Below, piece by piece: positions 1 to 12,200 of a DNA stretch of 64,000 bases. The notes beneath the pieces were generated by a model. It had not been told where the DNA came from, did not search any database, and worked only from the letters and a program-made list of their open reading frames with translations. Position numbers and translations under genes: made by a program. Location: contig OZ024744.1 of the NCBI GenBank assembly GCA_964016885.1, forward strand, positions 130,820,001 through 130,884,000. Reading direction: 5' to 3'. Source of the stretch: Eledone cirrhosa. Its lineage: Eukaryota. The first letter of the stretch is position 1; every line of letters starts with the position of its first letter.

Positions 1-3000
1 GTTAAGTTAAGTTGGGGTTAATTTAAGTTGGGGTTAAATTAAGTTGGGGTTAAGTTAAGTTGGGGTTAAGTTAAGTTGGGGTTAAGTTAAGTTGGGGTTA
101 AATTAAGTTGGGGTTAAGTTAAGTTGGGGTTAAGTTAAGTTGGTGTTAAGTTAAGTTGGGGCTAAGTTAAGTTGGGGCTGAGTTAAGTTGGGGCTGAGTT
201 AAGTTGGGGCTAAGTTAAGTTGGGTTTGAGTTAAGTTGGGGTTAAGTTGGGGTTAAGTTAAGTTAGGTTTAAGTTAAGTTGGGGTTAAGTTAAGTTGGGG
301 TTAAGTTAAGTTGGGGTTAAGTTAAGTTGGGGCTAAGTTAAGTTGGGGCTAAGTTACGTTGGGGTTAAGTTAAGTTGGGGTTAAGTTAAGTCGGGGTTAA
401 GTTAAGTTGGGGTTAAGTTAAGTTGGGGTTAATTTAAGTTGGGGTTAAGTTAATTTGGGGTTAAGTTAAGTTGGGGTTAAGTTAAGTTGGGGTTAAGTTA
501 AGTCGGGGTTAATTTAAGTCGGGGTTAAGTTAAGTTAGGGTTCAGTTAAGTTGGGGTTAAGTTAAGTTGGGGTTGAGTTAAGTTGGGGTTGAGTTAAATT
601 GGGGTTGAGTTAAGTTGGGGTTGAGTTAAGTTGGTGTTGAGTTAAGTTGGGGTTAAGTTAAGTTGGGGTTAAGTTAAGTTGCAGTTAAGTTAAGTTGAGG
701 TTAAGTTAAGGTGGGGTTAAGTTAAGTCGGGGTTAAGTTAAGTTGTGGTTGAGTTAAGTTGGGGCTGAGTTAAGTTGGGGCTAAGTTAAGTTGGGGTTGA
801 GTTAAGTTGGGGTTAAGTTGGGGTTAAGTTAAGTCGGGGTTAAGTTAAGTTGTGGTTGAGTTAAGTTGGGGTTAATTTAAGTTGGGGCTAAGTTAATTTG
901 TGGTTAAGTTAAGTTGGGGTTAAGTTAAGTTGGGGTTAAGTTAAGTTGGGGTTGAGTTAAGTTGGGGTTGAGTTAAGTTGGGGTTAAGTTAAGTTGGGGT
1001 CAAGTTAAGTTGGGGTTAAGTTGGGGTTAAGTTAAGTTAGGTTTAAGTTAAGTTGGGGTTAAGTTAAGTTGGGGTTAAGTTAAGTTGGGGTTAAGTTAAG
1101 TTGGGGTTAAGTTAAGTTGGGGTTAAGTTAATTTGTGGTTAAGTTAAGTTGGGGTTAAGTTAAGTTGGGGTTAAGTTAAGTCGGGGTTAAGTTAAGTTGG
1201 GGTTAAGTTAAGTTGGGGTTAATTTAAGTTGGGGTTAAGTTAAGTTGGGGTTAAATTAAGTTGGGGTTAAGTTAAGTTGGGGTTAAGTTAAGTTGGTGTT
1301 AAGTTAAGTTGGGGCTAAGTTAAGTTGGGGCTGAGTTAAGTTGGGGCTGAGTTAAGTTGGGGCTAAGTTAAGTTGGGGTTGAGTTAAGTTGGGGTTAAGT
1401 TGGGGTTAAGTTAAGTTAGGTTTAAGTTAAGTTGGGGTTAAGTTAAGTTGGGGTTAAGTTAAGTTGGGGTTAAGTTAAGTTGGGGTTAAGTTAAGTTGGG
1501 GTTAAGTTAAGTCGGGGTTAAATTAAGTTGGGGTTAAGTTAAGTTGGGGTTAATTTAAGTTGGGGTTAAGTTATGTTGGGGTTAAGTTAATTGGGGTTAA
1601 GTTAAGTTGGGGATAATTTAAGTTGGGGTTAAGTTAAGTTGGGTTTAAGTTAAGTTGGGGTTAAGTTAAGTTGGGGCTAAGTTAAGTTGGGGCTAAGTTA
1701 AGTTGGGGTTAAGTTAAGTTGGGGTTAAGTTAAGTCGGGGTTAAGTTAAGTTGGGGTTAAGTTAAGTTGGGGTTAATTTAAGTTGGGGTTGAGTTAAGTT
1801 GGTGTTGAGTTAAGTTGGGGTTAAGTTAAGTTGGGGTTAAGTTAAGTTGCAGTTAAGTTAAGTTGGGGTTAAGTTAATTTGGGGTTGAGTTAATTCGGGG
1901 TTAAGTTAAGTTGGGGTCAAGTTAAGTTGGGGTTAAGTTGGGGTTAAGTTAAGTTAGGTTTAAGTTAAGTTGGGGTTAAGTTAAGTTGGGGTTAAGTTAA
2001 GTTGGGGTTAAGTTAAGTTGGGGTTAAGTTAAGTCGGGGTTAAGTTAAGTTGGGGTTAAGTTAAGTTGGGGTTAAGTTAAGTTGGGGTTAAGTTAAGTTG
2101 GGGTTAAATTAAGTTGGGGTTAAGTTAAGTTGAGGTTAAGTTAAGTTGGGGTTAAATTAAGTTGGGGTTAAGTTAAGTTGGGGTTAAGTTAAGTTGGGGT
2201 TAAGTTAAGTTGGGGATAAGTTAAGTTGGGGATAATTTAAGTTGGGGTTAAGTTAAGTTGGGTTTAAGTTAAGTTGGGGTTAAGTTAAGTTGGGGTTAAT
2301 TTAAGTTGGGGTTAAGTTAAGTTGGGGTTAAGTTAAGTTGGGGTTAAGTTAAGTTGGGGTTAAGTTAAGTTGGGGTTAAGTTAAGTTGGGGTTAAGTTAA
2401 GTTGGGGTTAAGTTAAGTTGAGGTTAAGTTAAGTTGGGGTTAAATTAAGTTGGGGTTAAGTTAAGTTGGGGTTAAGTTAAGTTGGGGTTAAGTTAAGTTG
2501 GGGATAAGTTAAGTTGGGGATAATTTAAGTTGGGGTTAAGTTAAGTTGGGTTTAAGTTAAGTTGGGGTTAAGTTAAGTTGGGGTTAATTTAAGTTGGGGT
2601 TAAGTTAAGTTGGGGCTAAGTTAAGTTGGGGCTGAGTTAAGTTGGGGTTAAGTTAAGTTGGGGTTAAGTTAAGTTGGGGTTAATTTAAGTTGGGGTTTAT
2701 TTAAGTTGGGGTTAAGTTAAGTTGGGGTTCAGTTAAGTTGGGGTTAAGTTAAGTTGGTGTTAAGATGGGGTTAAATTAAGTTGGGGTTAAGTTAAGTTGG
2801 GGTTAAGTTAAGTTGGGGTTAAGTTAAGTTGGGGTTAAGTTAAGTCGGGGTTAAGTTAAGTCGGGGTTAAGTTAAGTTAGGGTTCAGTTAATTGGGGTTA
2901 AGTTAAGTTGGGGTTGAGTTAAGTTGGGGTTGAGTTAAATTGGGGTTGAGTTAAGTTGGGGTTGAGTTAAGTTGGTGTTGAGTTAAGTTGGGGTTAAGTT

Positions 3001-3855
3001 AAGTTGGGGTTAAATTAAGTTGGGGTTAAATTAAGTTGGGGTTAAGTTAAGTTGGGGGTAAGTTAAGTTGGGGGCAAGTTAAGTTGGGGTTAATTTAAGT
3101 TGGGGTTAAATTAAGTTGGGGTTACGTTAAGTTGGTGCTAAGTTAAGTTGGGGTTAATTTAAGTTGGGGTTAATTAAGTTGGGGTTAAGTTAAGTTGGGG
3201 TTAAGTTAAGTTGGGGTTAATTTAAGTTGGGGTTGAGTTAAGTTGGGGTTAAGTTAATTTGGGGTTATATTAAGTTGGGGTTAAGTTAAGTTGTGGTTCA
3301 GTTAAGTTGGGGTTAAGTTAAGTTGGAGTTAAGTTAAGTTGGTGTTAAGTTAAGTTGGGGCTAAGTTAAGTTGGGGCTGAGTTAAGTTGGGGCTGAGTTA
3401 AGTTGGGGCTAAATTAAGTTGGGGTTGAGTTAAGTTGGGGTTAAGTTGGGGTTAAGTTAAGTTAGGTTTAAGTTAAGTTGGGGTTAAGTTAAGTTGGGGT
3501 TAAGTTAAGTTGGGGTTAAGTTAAGTTGGGGTTAAGTTAAGTTGGGGTTAAGTTAAGTTGGGGTTAAGTTAATTTGTGGTTAAGTTAAGTTGTGGTTAAG
3601 TTAAGTTGGGGTTAAGTTAAGTTGGGGTTAATTTAAGTTGGGGTTAAGTTAAGTTGGGGTTAAGTTAAGTTGGGGTTAAGTTAAGTTGGGGTTAAGTTAA
3701 GTTGGGGATAATTTAAGTTGGGGTTAAGTTAAGTTTGAGTTTAAGTTAAGTTGGGGTTAAGTTAAGTTGGTTAGTTAAGTTGAGTTTAAGTTAAGTTGGG
3801 GTTAATTTAAGTTGGGTTAAGTTAAGTTGGGGTTAAGTTAAGTTGGGGTTAAGTT

Positions 3856-3909
3856 AAGTTGGGGTTAAGTTAAGTTGGGGTTAACCCCAACTTAACTTAA
3901 CCCCAACTT
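3856..3909. other. 54-bp perfect, loop-less palindrome at the cassette left junction (representative of all cassettes)
   Basis: AAGTTGGGGTTAAGTTAAGTTGGGGTT|AACCCCAACTTAACTTAACCCCAACTT, centred at 3882/3883 on GTTAAC. Confidence 0.95.
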
Positions 3910-4057
3910 CACTCAACCCCAACGTAACTCAACCCCAACTTAACTTAACCCCAACTTCACTCAACCCCAACTTAACTTAACCCCAACTTCACTCAACCCC
4001 AACTTCCAACTTGACTTAACCCCAACTTAACTTAGCCCCAACTTAACTTAAGCCCAA
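3883..4057 (-). repeat. Inverted satellite cassette 1 (175 bp, flank type A)
   Basis: Reverse-complement monomers run from AACCCCAACTTAACTT to TTAAGCCCAA and are followed by AGTCGGGG. Confidence 0.97.
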
Positions 4058-6598
4058 AGTCGGGGTTAAGTTAAGTTGGCGTTAAGTTAAGTTGGCGTTA
4101 AGTTAAGTTAGGCTTAACTTAAGTTGGGGTTCAGTTAAGTTGGGGGTAAGTTAAGTTGGGGTTCAGTTAAGTTAGGGTTAAGTTAAGTTGGGGTTGAGTA
4201 AAGTTGGGGTTAATTAAGTGGTGGTTATGTTAAGTTGGGGTTAAGTTAAGTTGGGGTTAATTTAAATTGGGGTTAAGTTAACTTTGTGGTTAAGTTAAGT
4301 TGGGGTTAAGTTAAGTTGGGGTAAAGTTGGGGTTGAGTTAAGTTGGGGTTGAGTGAAGTTGGGGTTAAGTTAAGTTGGGGTTAAGTTAAGTTGGGGTTAA
4401 GATAAGTCGGGGTTAAGTTAAGTTGTGGTTGCGTTAAGTTGGGGTTAATTTAAGTTGGGGCTAAGTTAATTTGTGGTTAAGTTAAGTTGGGGTTAAGTTA
4501 AGTTGGGGTTAAGTTAAGTTGGGGTTGAGTTAAGTTGGGGCTGAGTTAATTTGGGTTTAAGTTAAGTTGGGGTTAAGTTAAGTTGGGGCTAAGTTAAGTT
4601 GGGGCTGAGTTAAGTTGGGGCTGAGTTAAGTTGGGGTTAAATTAAGTTGGGGTTACGTTAAGTTGGTGTTAAGTTAAGTTGGGGGTAAGTTAAGTTGGGG
4701 GCAAGTTAAGTTGGGGTTAATTTAAGTTGGGGTTAAATTAAGTTGGGGTTACGTTAAGTTGGTGTTAAGTTAAGTTGGGGTTAATTTAAGTTGGGGTTAA
4801 TTAAGTTGGGGTTAAGTTAAGTTGGGGTTAAGTTAAGTTGGGGTTAATTTAAGTTGGGGTTGAGTTAAGTTGGGGTTAAGTTAAGTTGGGGTTATATTAA
4901 GTTGGGGTTAAGTTAAGTTGGGGTTCGGTTAAGTTGGGGTTAAGTTAAGTTGGGGTTAAGTGAAGTTAAGGTTAAGTTAAGTTGGGGTTAAGTTAAGTTG
5001 GTGTTAAGTTAAGTTGGGGCTAAGTTAAGTTGGGGCTGAGTTAAGTTGGGGCTGAGTTAAGTTGGGGCTAAGTTAAGTTGGGGTTGAGTTAAGTTGGGGT
5101 TAAGTTGGGGTTAAGTTAAGTTAGGTTTAAGTTAAGTTGGGGTTAAGTTAAGTTGGGGTTAAGTTAAGTTGGGGTTAAGTTAAGTTGGGGTTAAGTTAAG
5201 TTGGGGTTAAGTTAAGTTGGGGTTAAGTTAAGTTGGGGTTAAGTTAATTTGTGGTTAAGTTAAGTTGTGGTTAAGTTGGGGTTAAGTTAAGTTGGGGTTA
5301 AGTTAAGTCGGGGTTAAGTTAAGTTGGGGTTAAGTTAAGTTGGGGTTAATTAAGTTGGGGTTAAGTTAAGTTGGGGTTAAGTTAAGTTGGGGTTAATTTA
5401 AGTTGGGGTTGAGTTAAGTTGGGGTTGAGTTAAATTGGGGTTGAGTTAAGTTGGGTTGAGTTAAGTTGGTGTTGAGTTAAGTTGGGGTTGAGTTAAGTTG
5501 GGGTTAAATTAAGTTGGGGTTAAATTAAGTTGGGGTTAAGTTAAGTTGGGGGTAAGTTAAGTTGGGGGCAAGTTAAGTTGGGGTTAATTTAAGTTGGGGT
5601 TAAATTAAGTTGGGGTTACGTTAAGTTGGTGCTAAGTTAAGTTGGGGTTAATTTAAGTTGGGGTTAATTAAGTTGGGGTTAAGTTAAGTTGGGGTTAAGT
5701 TAAGTTGGGGTTAATTTAAGTTGGGGTTGAGTTAAGTTGGGGTTAAGTTAATTTGGGGTTATATTAAGTTGGGGTTAAGTTAAGTTGGGGTTCAGTTAAG
5801 TTGGGGTTAAGTTAAGTTGGGGTTAAGTTAAGTTGAGGTTAAGTTAAGTTGGGGTTAAGTTAAGTTGGTGTTAAGTTAAGTTGGGGCTAAGTTAAGTTGG
5901 GGCTGAGTTAAGTTGGGGCTGAGTTAAGTTGGGGCTAAATTAAGTTGGGGTTGAGTTAAGTTGGGGTTAAGTTGGGGTTAAGTTATGTTAGGTTTAAGTT
6001 AAGTTGGGGTTAAGTTAAGTTGGGGTTAAGTTAAGTTGGGGTTAAGTTAAGTTGGGGTTAAGTTAATTTGTGGTTAAGTTAAGTTGTGGTTAAGTTAAGT
6101 TGGGGTTAAGTTAAGTTGGGGTTAATTTAAGTTGGGGTTAAGTTAAGTTGGGGTTAAGTTAAGTTGGGGTTAAGTTAAGTTGGGGTTAAGTTAAGTTGGG
6201 GATAATTTTAGTTGGGGTTAAGTTAAGTTTGAGTTTAAGTTAAGTTGGGGTTAAGTTAAGTTGGGGTTAAGTTAAGTTGGGGTTAAGTTAAGTTGGTTAG
6301 TTAAGTTGAGTTTAAGTTAAGTTGGGGTTAATTTAAGTTGGGGTTAAGTTAAGCTGGGGTTAAGTTAAGTTGGGGTTAAGTTAAGTTGGGGTTAATTTAA
6401 GTTGGGGTTAAGTTAAGTTGGGGTTAAGTTAAGTCGGGGTTAAGTTAAGTTGGGGTTAAGTTAAGTTGGGGTTAAGTTAAGTTGGGGTTAAGTTAAGTTG
6501 GTTAGTTAAGTTGAGTTTAAGTTAAGTTGGGGTTAATTTAAGTTGGGGTTAAGTTAAGTTGGGGTTAAGTTAAGTTGGGGTTAAGTTAAGTTGGGGTT

Positions 6599-6773
6599 AA
6601 CCCCAACTTAACTTAACCCCAACTTCACTCAACCCCAACGTAACTCAACCCCAACTTAACTTAACCCCAACTTCACTCAACCCCAACTTAACTTAACCCC
6701 AACTTCACTCAACCCCAACTTCCAACTTCACTTAACCCCAACTTAACTTAGCCCCAACTTAACTTAAGCCCAA
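6599..6773 (-). repeat. Inverted satellite cassette 2 (flank type B; private variant TCCAACTTCA)
   Basis: Same 175-bp block, with C instead of G at 6729. Confidence 0.97.
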
Positions 6774-9092
6774 AGTCGGGGTTAAGTTAAGTTGGCGTTA
6801 AGTTAAGTTGGGGTTAAGTTAAGTTGGGGTAAAGTTGGGGTTGAGTTAAGTTGGGGTTGAGTGAAGTTGGGGTTAAGTTAAGTTGGGGTTAAGTTAAGTT
6901 GGGGTTAAGATAAGTCGGGGTTAAGTTAAGTTGTGGTTGAGTTAAGTTGGGGTTAATTTAAGTTGGGGCTAAGTTAATTTGTGGTTAAGTTAAGTTGGGG
7001 TTAAGTTAAGTTGGGGTTAAGTTAAGTTGGGTTTAAGTTAAGTTGGGGTTAAATTAAGTTGGGGTTAAATTAAGTTGGGGTTAAGTTAAGTTGGGGGTAA
7101 GTTAAGTTGGGGGAAAGTTAAGTTGGGGTTAATTTAAGTTGGGGTTAAATTAAGTTGGGGTTACGTTAAGTTGGTGTTAAGTTAAGTTGGGGTTAATTTA
7201 AGTTGGGGCTAATTAAGTTGGGGTTAAGTTAAGTTGGGGTTAAGTTAAGTTGGGGTTAATTTAAGTTGGGGTTGAGTTAAGTTGGGGTTAAGTTAAGTTG
7301 GGGTTATATTAAGTTGGGGTTAAGTTAAGTTGGGGTTCAGTTAAGTTGGGGTTAAGTTAAGTTGGGGTTAAGTTAAGTTGAGGTTAAGTTAAGTTGGGGT
7401 TAAGTTAAGTTGTTGTTAAGTTAAGTTGGGGCTAAGTTAAGTTGGGGCTGAGTTAAGTTGGGGCTGAGTTAAGTTGGGGCTAAGTTAAGTTGGGGTTGAG
7501 TTAAGTTGGGGTTAAGTTGGGGTTAATTAAGTTAGGTTTAAGTTAAGTTGGGGTTAAGTTAAGTTGGGGTTAAGTTAAGTTGGGGTTAAGTTAAGTTGGG
7601 GTTAAGTTAAGTTGGGGTTAAGTTAAGTTGGGGTTAAGTTAATTTGTGGTTAAGTTAAGTTGTGGTTAAGTTAAGTTGGGGTTAAGTTAAGTTGGGGTTA
7701 AGTTAAGTCGGGGTTAAGTTAAGTTGGGGTTAAGTTAAGTTGGGGTTAATTTAAGTTGGGGTTAAGTTAAGTTGGGGTTAAGTTAAGTTGGGGTTAAGTT
7801 AAGTCGGGGTTAAGTTAAGTTGGGGTTAAGTTAAGTTGGGGTTAATTTAAGTTGGGGTTAAGTTAAGTTGGGGTTAAGTTAAGTTGGGGTTAAGTTAAGT
7901 TGGGGTTAAGTTAAGTTGGGGATAATTTAAGTTGGGGTTTATTTAAGTTGGGGTTAAGTTAAGTTGGGGTTCAGTTAAGTTGGGGTTAAGTTAAGTTGGG
8001 GTTAAGATGGGGTTAAATTAAGTTGGGGTTAAGTTAAGTTGGGGTTAAGTTAAGTTGGGGTTAAGTTAAGTTGGGGTTAAGTTAAGTCGGGGTTAAGTTA
8101 AGTCGGGGTTAAGTTAAGTTAGGGTTCAGTTAAGTTGGGGTTAAGTTAAGTTGGGGTTGAGTTAAGTTGGGGTTGAGTTAAATTGGGGTTGAGTTAAGTT
8201 GGGGTTGAGTTAAGTTGGTGTTGAGTTAAGTTGGGGTTAAGTTAAGTTGGGGTTAAATTAAGTTGGGGTTAAGTTAAGTTAGGGTTAAGTTAAGTTGAGG
8301 TTAAGTTAAGTTGGGGTTAAGTTAAGTTGGTGTTAAGTTAAGTTGGGGCTAAGTTAAGTTGGCGCTGAGTTAAGTTGGGGCTGAGTTAAGTTGGGGCTAA
8401 GTTAAGTTGGGGTTGAGTTAAGTTGGGGTTAAGTTGGGGTTAAGTTAAGTTAGGTTTAAGTTAAGTTGGGTTTAAGTTAAGTTGGGGTTAAGTTAAGTTG
8501 GGGTTAAGTTAAGTTGGGGTTAAGTTAAGTTGGGGTTAAGTTAAGTTGGGGTTAAGTTAATTTGTGGTTAAGTTAAGTTGTGGTTAAGTTAAGTTGGGGT
8601 TAAGTTAAGTTGGGGTTAATTTAAGCTGGGGTTAAGTTAAGTTGGGGTTAAGTTAAGTTGGGGTTAAGTTAAGTTGGGGTTAAGTTAAGTTGGGGATAAT
8701 TTAAGTTGGGGTTAAGTTAAGTTTGAGTTTAAGTTAAGTTGGGGTTAAGTTAAGTTGGGGTTAAGTTAAGTTGGGGTTAAGTTAAGTTGGTTAGTTAAGT
8801 TGAGTTTAAGTTAAGTTGGGGTTAATTTAAGTTGGGGTTAAGTTAAGCTGGGGTTAAGTTAAGTTGGGGTTAAGTTAAGTTGGGGTTAATTTAAGTTGGG
8901 GTTAAGTTAAGTTGGGGTTAAGTTAAGTCGGGGTTAAGTTAAGTTGGGGTTAAGTTAAGTTGGGGTTAAGTTAAGTTGGGGTTAAGTTAAGTTGGTTAGT
9001 TAAGTTGAGTTTAAGTTAAGTTGGGGTTAATTTAAGTTGGGGTTAAGTTAAGTTGGGGTTAAGTTAAGTTGGGGTTAAGTTAAGTTGGGGTT

Positions 9093-9267
9093 AACCCCAA
9101 CTTAACTTAACCCCAACTTCACTCAACCCCAACGTAACTCAACCCCAACTTAACTTAACCCCAACTTCACTCAACCCCAACTTAACTTAACCCCAACTTC
9201 ACTCAACCCCAACTTCCAACTTGACTTAACCCCAACTTAACTTAGCCCCAACTTAACTTAAGCCCAA
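9093..9267 (-). repeat. Inverted satellite cassette 3 (flank type B)
   Basis: Same 175-bp C-rich block and junctions. Confidence 0.97.
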
Positions 9268-12200
9268 AGTCGGGGTTAAGTTAAGTTGGCGTTAAGTTAA
9301 GTTGGGGTTAAGTTAAGTTGGGGTAAAGTTGGGGTTGAGTTAAGTTGGGGTTGAGTGAAGTTGGGGTTAAGTTAAGTTGGGGTTAAGTTAAGTTGGGGTT
9401 AAGATAAGTCGGGGTTAAGTTAAGTTGTGGTTGAGTTAAGTTGGGGTTAATTTAAGTTGGGGCTAAGTTAATTTGTGGTTAAGTTAAGTTGGGGTTAAGT
9501 TAAGTTGGGGTTAAGTTAAGTTGGGGTTGAGTTAAGTTGGGGCTGAGTTAATTTGGGTTTAAGTTAAGTTGGGGTTAAGTTAAGTTGGGTTTAAGTTAAG
9601 TTGGGGTTAAATTAAGTTGGGGTTAAATTAAGTTGGGGTTAAGTTAAGTTGGGGGTAAGTTAAGTTGGGGGAAAGTTAAGTTGGGGTTAATTTAAGTTGG
9701 GGTTAAATTAAGTTGGGGTTACGTTAAGTTGGTGTTAAGTTAAGTTGGGGTTAATTTAAGTTGGGGTTAATTAAGTTGGGGTTAAGTTAAGTTGGGGTTA
9801 AGTTAAGTTGGGGTTAATTTAAGTTGGGGTTGAGTTAAGTTGGGGTTAAGTTAAGTTGGGGTTATATTAAGTTGGGGTTAAGTTAAGTTGGGGTTCAGTT
9901 AAGTTGGGGTTAAGTTAAGTTGGGGTTAAGTTAAGTTGAGGTTAAGTTAAGTTGGGGTTAAGTTAAGTTGGTGTTAAGTTAAGTTGGGGCTAAGTTAAGT
10001 TGGGGCTGAGTTAAGTTGGGGCTGAGTTAAGTTGGGGCTAAGTTAAGTTGGGGTTGAGTTAAGTTGGGGTTAAGTTGGGGTTAAGTTAAGTTAGGTTTAA
10101 GTTAAGTTGGGGTTAAGTTAAGTTGGGGTTAAGTTAAGTTGGGGTTAAGTTAAGTTGGGGTTAAGTTAAGTTGGGGTTAAGTTAAGTTGGGGTTAAGTTA
10201 ATTTGTGGTTAAGTTAAGTTGTGGTTAAGTTAAGTTGGGGTTAAGTTAAGTTGGGGTTAAGTTAAGTCGGGGTTAAGTTAAGTTGGGGTTAAGTTAAGTT
10301 GGGGTTAATTTAAGTTGGGGTTAAGTTAAGTTGGGGTTAAGTTAAGTTGGGGTTAAGTTAAGTCGGGGTTAAGTTAAGTTGGGGTTAAGTTAAGTTGGGG
10401 TTAATTTAAGTTGGGGTTAAGTTAAGTTGGGGTTAAGTTAAGTTGGGGTTAAGTTAAGTTGGGGTTAAGTTAAGTTGGGGATAATTTAAGTTGGGGTTTA
10501 TTTAAGTTGGGGTTAAGTTAAGTTGGGATTCAGTTAAGTTGGGGTGAAGTTAAGTTGGGGTTAAGATGGGGTTAAATTAAGTTGGGGTTAAGTTAAGTTG
10601 GGGTTAAGTTAAGTTGGGGTTACGTTAAGTTGGGGTTAAGTTAAGTCGGGGTTAAGTTAAGTCGGGGTTAAGTTAAGTTAGGGTTCAGTTAAGTTGGGGT
10701 TAAGTTAAGTTGGGGTTGAGTTAAGTTGGGGTTGAGTTAAATTGGGGTTGAGTTAAGTTGGGGTTAATTAAGTGGTGGTTATGTTAAGTTGGGGTTAATT
10801 TAAATTGGGGTTAAGTTAACTTTGTGGTTAAGTTAAGTTGGGGTTAAGTTAAGTTGGGGTTAAGTTGGGGTTGAGTTAAGTTGGGGTTGAGTGAAGTTGG
10901 GGTTAAGTTAAGTTGGGGTAAAGTTAAGTTGGGGTTAAGTTAAGTCGGGGTTAAGTTAAGTTGTGGTTGAGTTAAGTTGGGGTTAATTTAAGTTGGGGCT
11001 AAGTTAATTTGTGGTTAAGTTAAGTTGGGCTTAAGTTAAGTTGGGGTTAAGTTAAGTTGGGGTTGAGTTAAGTTGGGGTTGAGGTAAGTTGGGGTTAAGT
11101 TTAGTTGGGGTCAAGTTAAGTTGGGGTTAAGTTGGGGTTAAGTTAAGTTAGGTTTAAGTTAAGTTGGGGTTAAGTTAAGTTGGGGTTAAGTTAAGTTGGG
11201 GTTAAGTTAAGTTGGGGTTAAGTTAAGTTGGGGTTAAGTTAAGTTGGGGTTAAGTTAAGTCGGGGTTAAGTTAAGTTGGGGTTAAGTTAAGTTGGGGTTA
11301 ATTTAAGTTGGGGTTAAATTAAGTTGGAGTTAAGTTAAGTTGGGGTTAAGTTAAGTTGGGGTTAAGTTAAGTTGGGGTTAAATTAAGTTGGGGTTAAGTT
11401 AAGTTGGGGTTAAGTTAAGTTGGTGTTAAGTTAAGTTGGGGCTAAGTTAAGTTGGGGCTGAGTTAAGTTGGGGCTGAGTTAAGTTGGGGCTAAGTTAAGT
11501 TGGGTTTGAGTTAAGTTGGGGTTAAGTTGGGGTTAAGTTAAGTTAGGTTTAAGTTAAGTTGGGGTTAAGTTAAGTTGGGGTTAAGTTAAGTTGGGGTTAA
11601 GTTAAGTTGGGGCTAAGTTAAGTTGGGGCTAAGTTACGTTGGGGTTAAGTTAAGTTGGGGTTAAGTTAAGTCGGGGTTAAGTTAAGTTGGGGTTAAGTTA
11701 AGTTGGGGTTAATTTAAGTTGGGGTTAAGTTAATTTGGGGTTAAGTTAAGTTGGGGTTAAGTTAAGTTGGGGTTAAGTTAAGTCGGGGTTAATTTAAGTC
11801 GGGGTTAAGTTAAGTTAGGGTTCAGTTAAGTTGGGGTTAAGTTAAGTTGGGGTTGAGTTAAGTTGGGGTTGAGTTAAATTGGGGTTGAGTTAAGTTGGGG
11901 TTGAGTTAAGTTGGTGTTGAGTTAAGTTGGGGTTAAGTTAAGTTGGGGTTAAGTTAAGTTGCAGTTAAGTTAAGTTGAGGTTAAGTTAAGGTGGGGTTAA
12001 GTTAAGTCGGGGTTAAGTTAAGTTGTGGTTGAGTTAAGTTGGGGCTGAGTTAAGTTGGGGCTAAGTTAAGTTGGGGTTGAGTTAAGTTGGGGTTAAGTTG
12101 GGGTTAAGTTAAGTCGGGGTTAAGTTAAGTTGTGGTTGAGTTAAGTTGGGGTTAATTTAAGTTGGGGCTAAGTTAATTTGTGGTTAAGTTAAGTTGGGGT

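Noticed and set aside
3856-3909. 24 independent telomere-telomere fusion scars
   Set aside because: The G-strand to C-strand junction polarity resembles an end fusion, but identical junctions and a return to forward orientation after 175 bp point to one amplified event.
3856-3909. Rho-independent terminator, tRNA or promoter motifs
   Set aside because: The hairpins arise from repeat symmetry. There is no gene context, U-tract or cloverleaf.
3879-4060. Cassette as a MITE/piggyBac-like insertion at TTAA
   Set aside because: It consists solely of reverse-complement satellite, with no terminal inverted repeats of its own and no target-site duplication at the right end. Flanks are shared between copies, which shows co-duplication rather than independent insertion.
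4058-4100. CpG cluster (TCGG, GGCG x2) beside cassettes as a regulatory or methylation element
   Set aside because: There are only 2-4 CpGs, GTCGGGG is common elsewhere in the array, and co-duplication explains the association.
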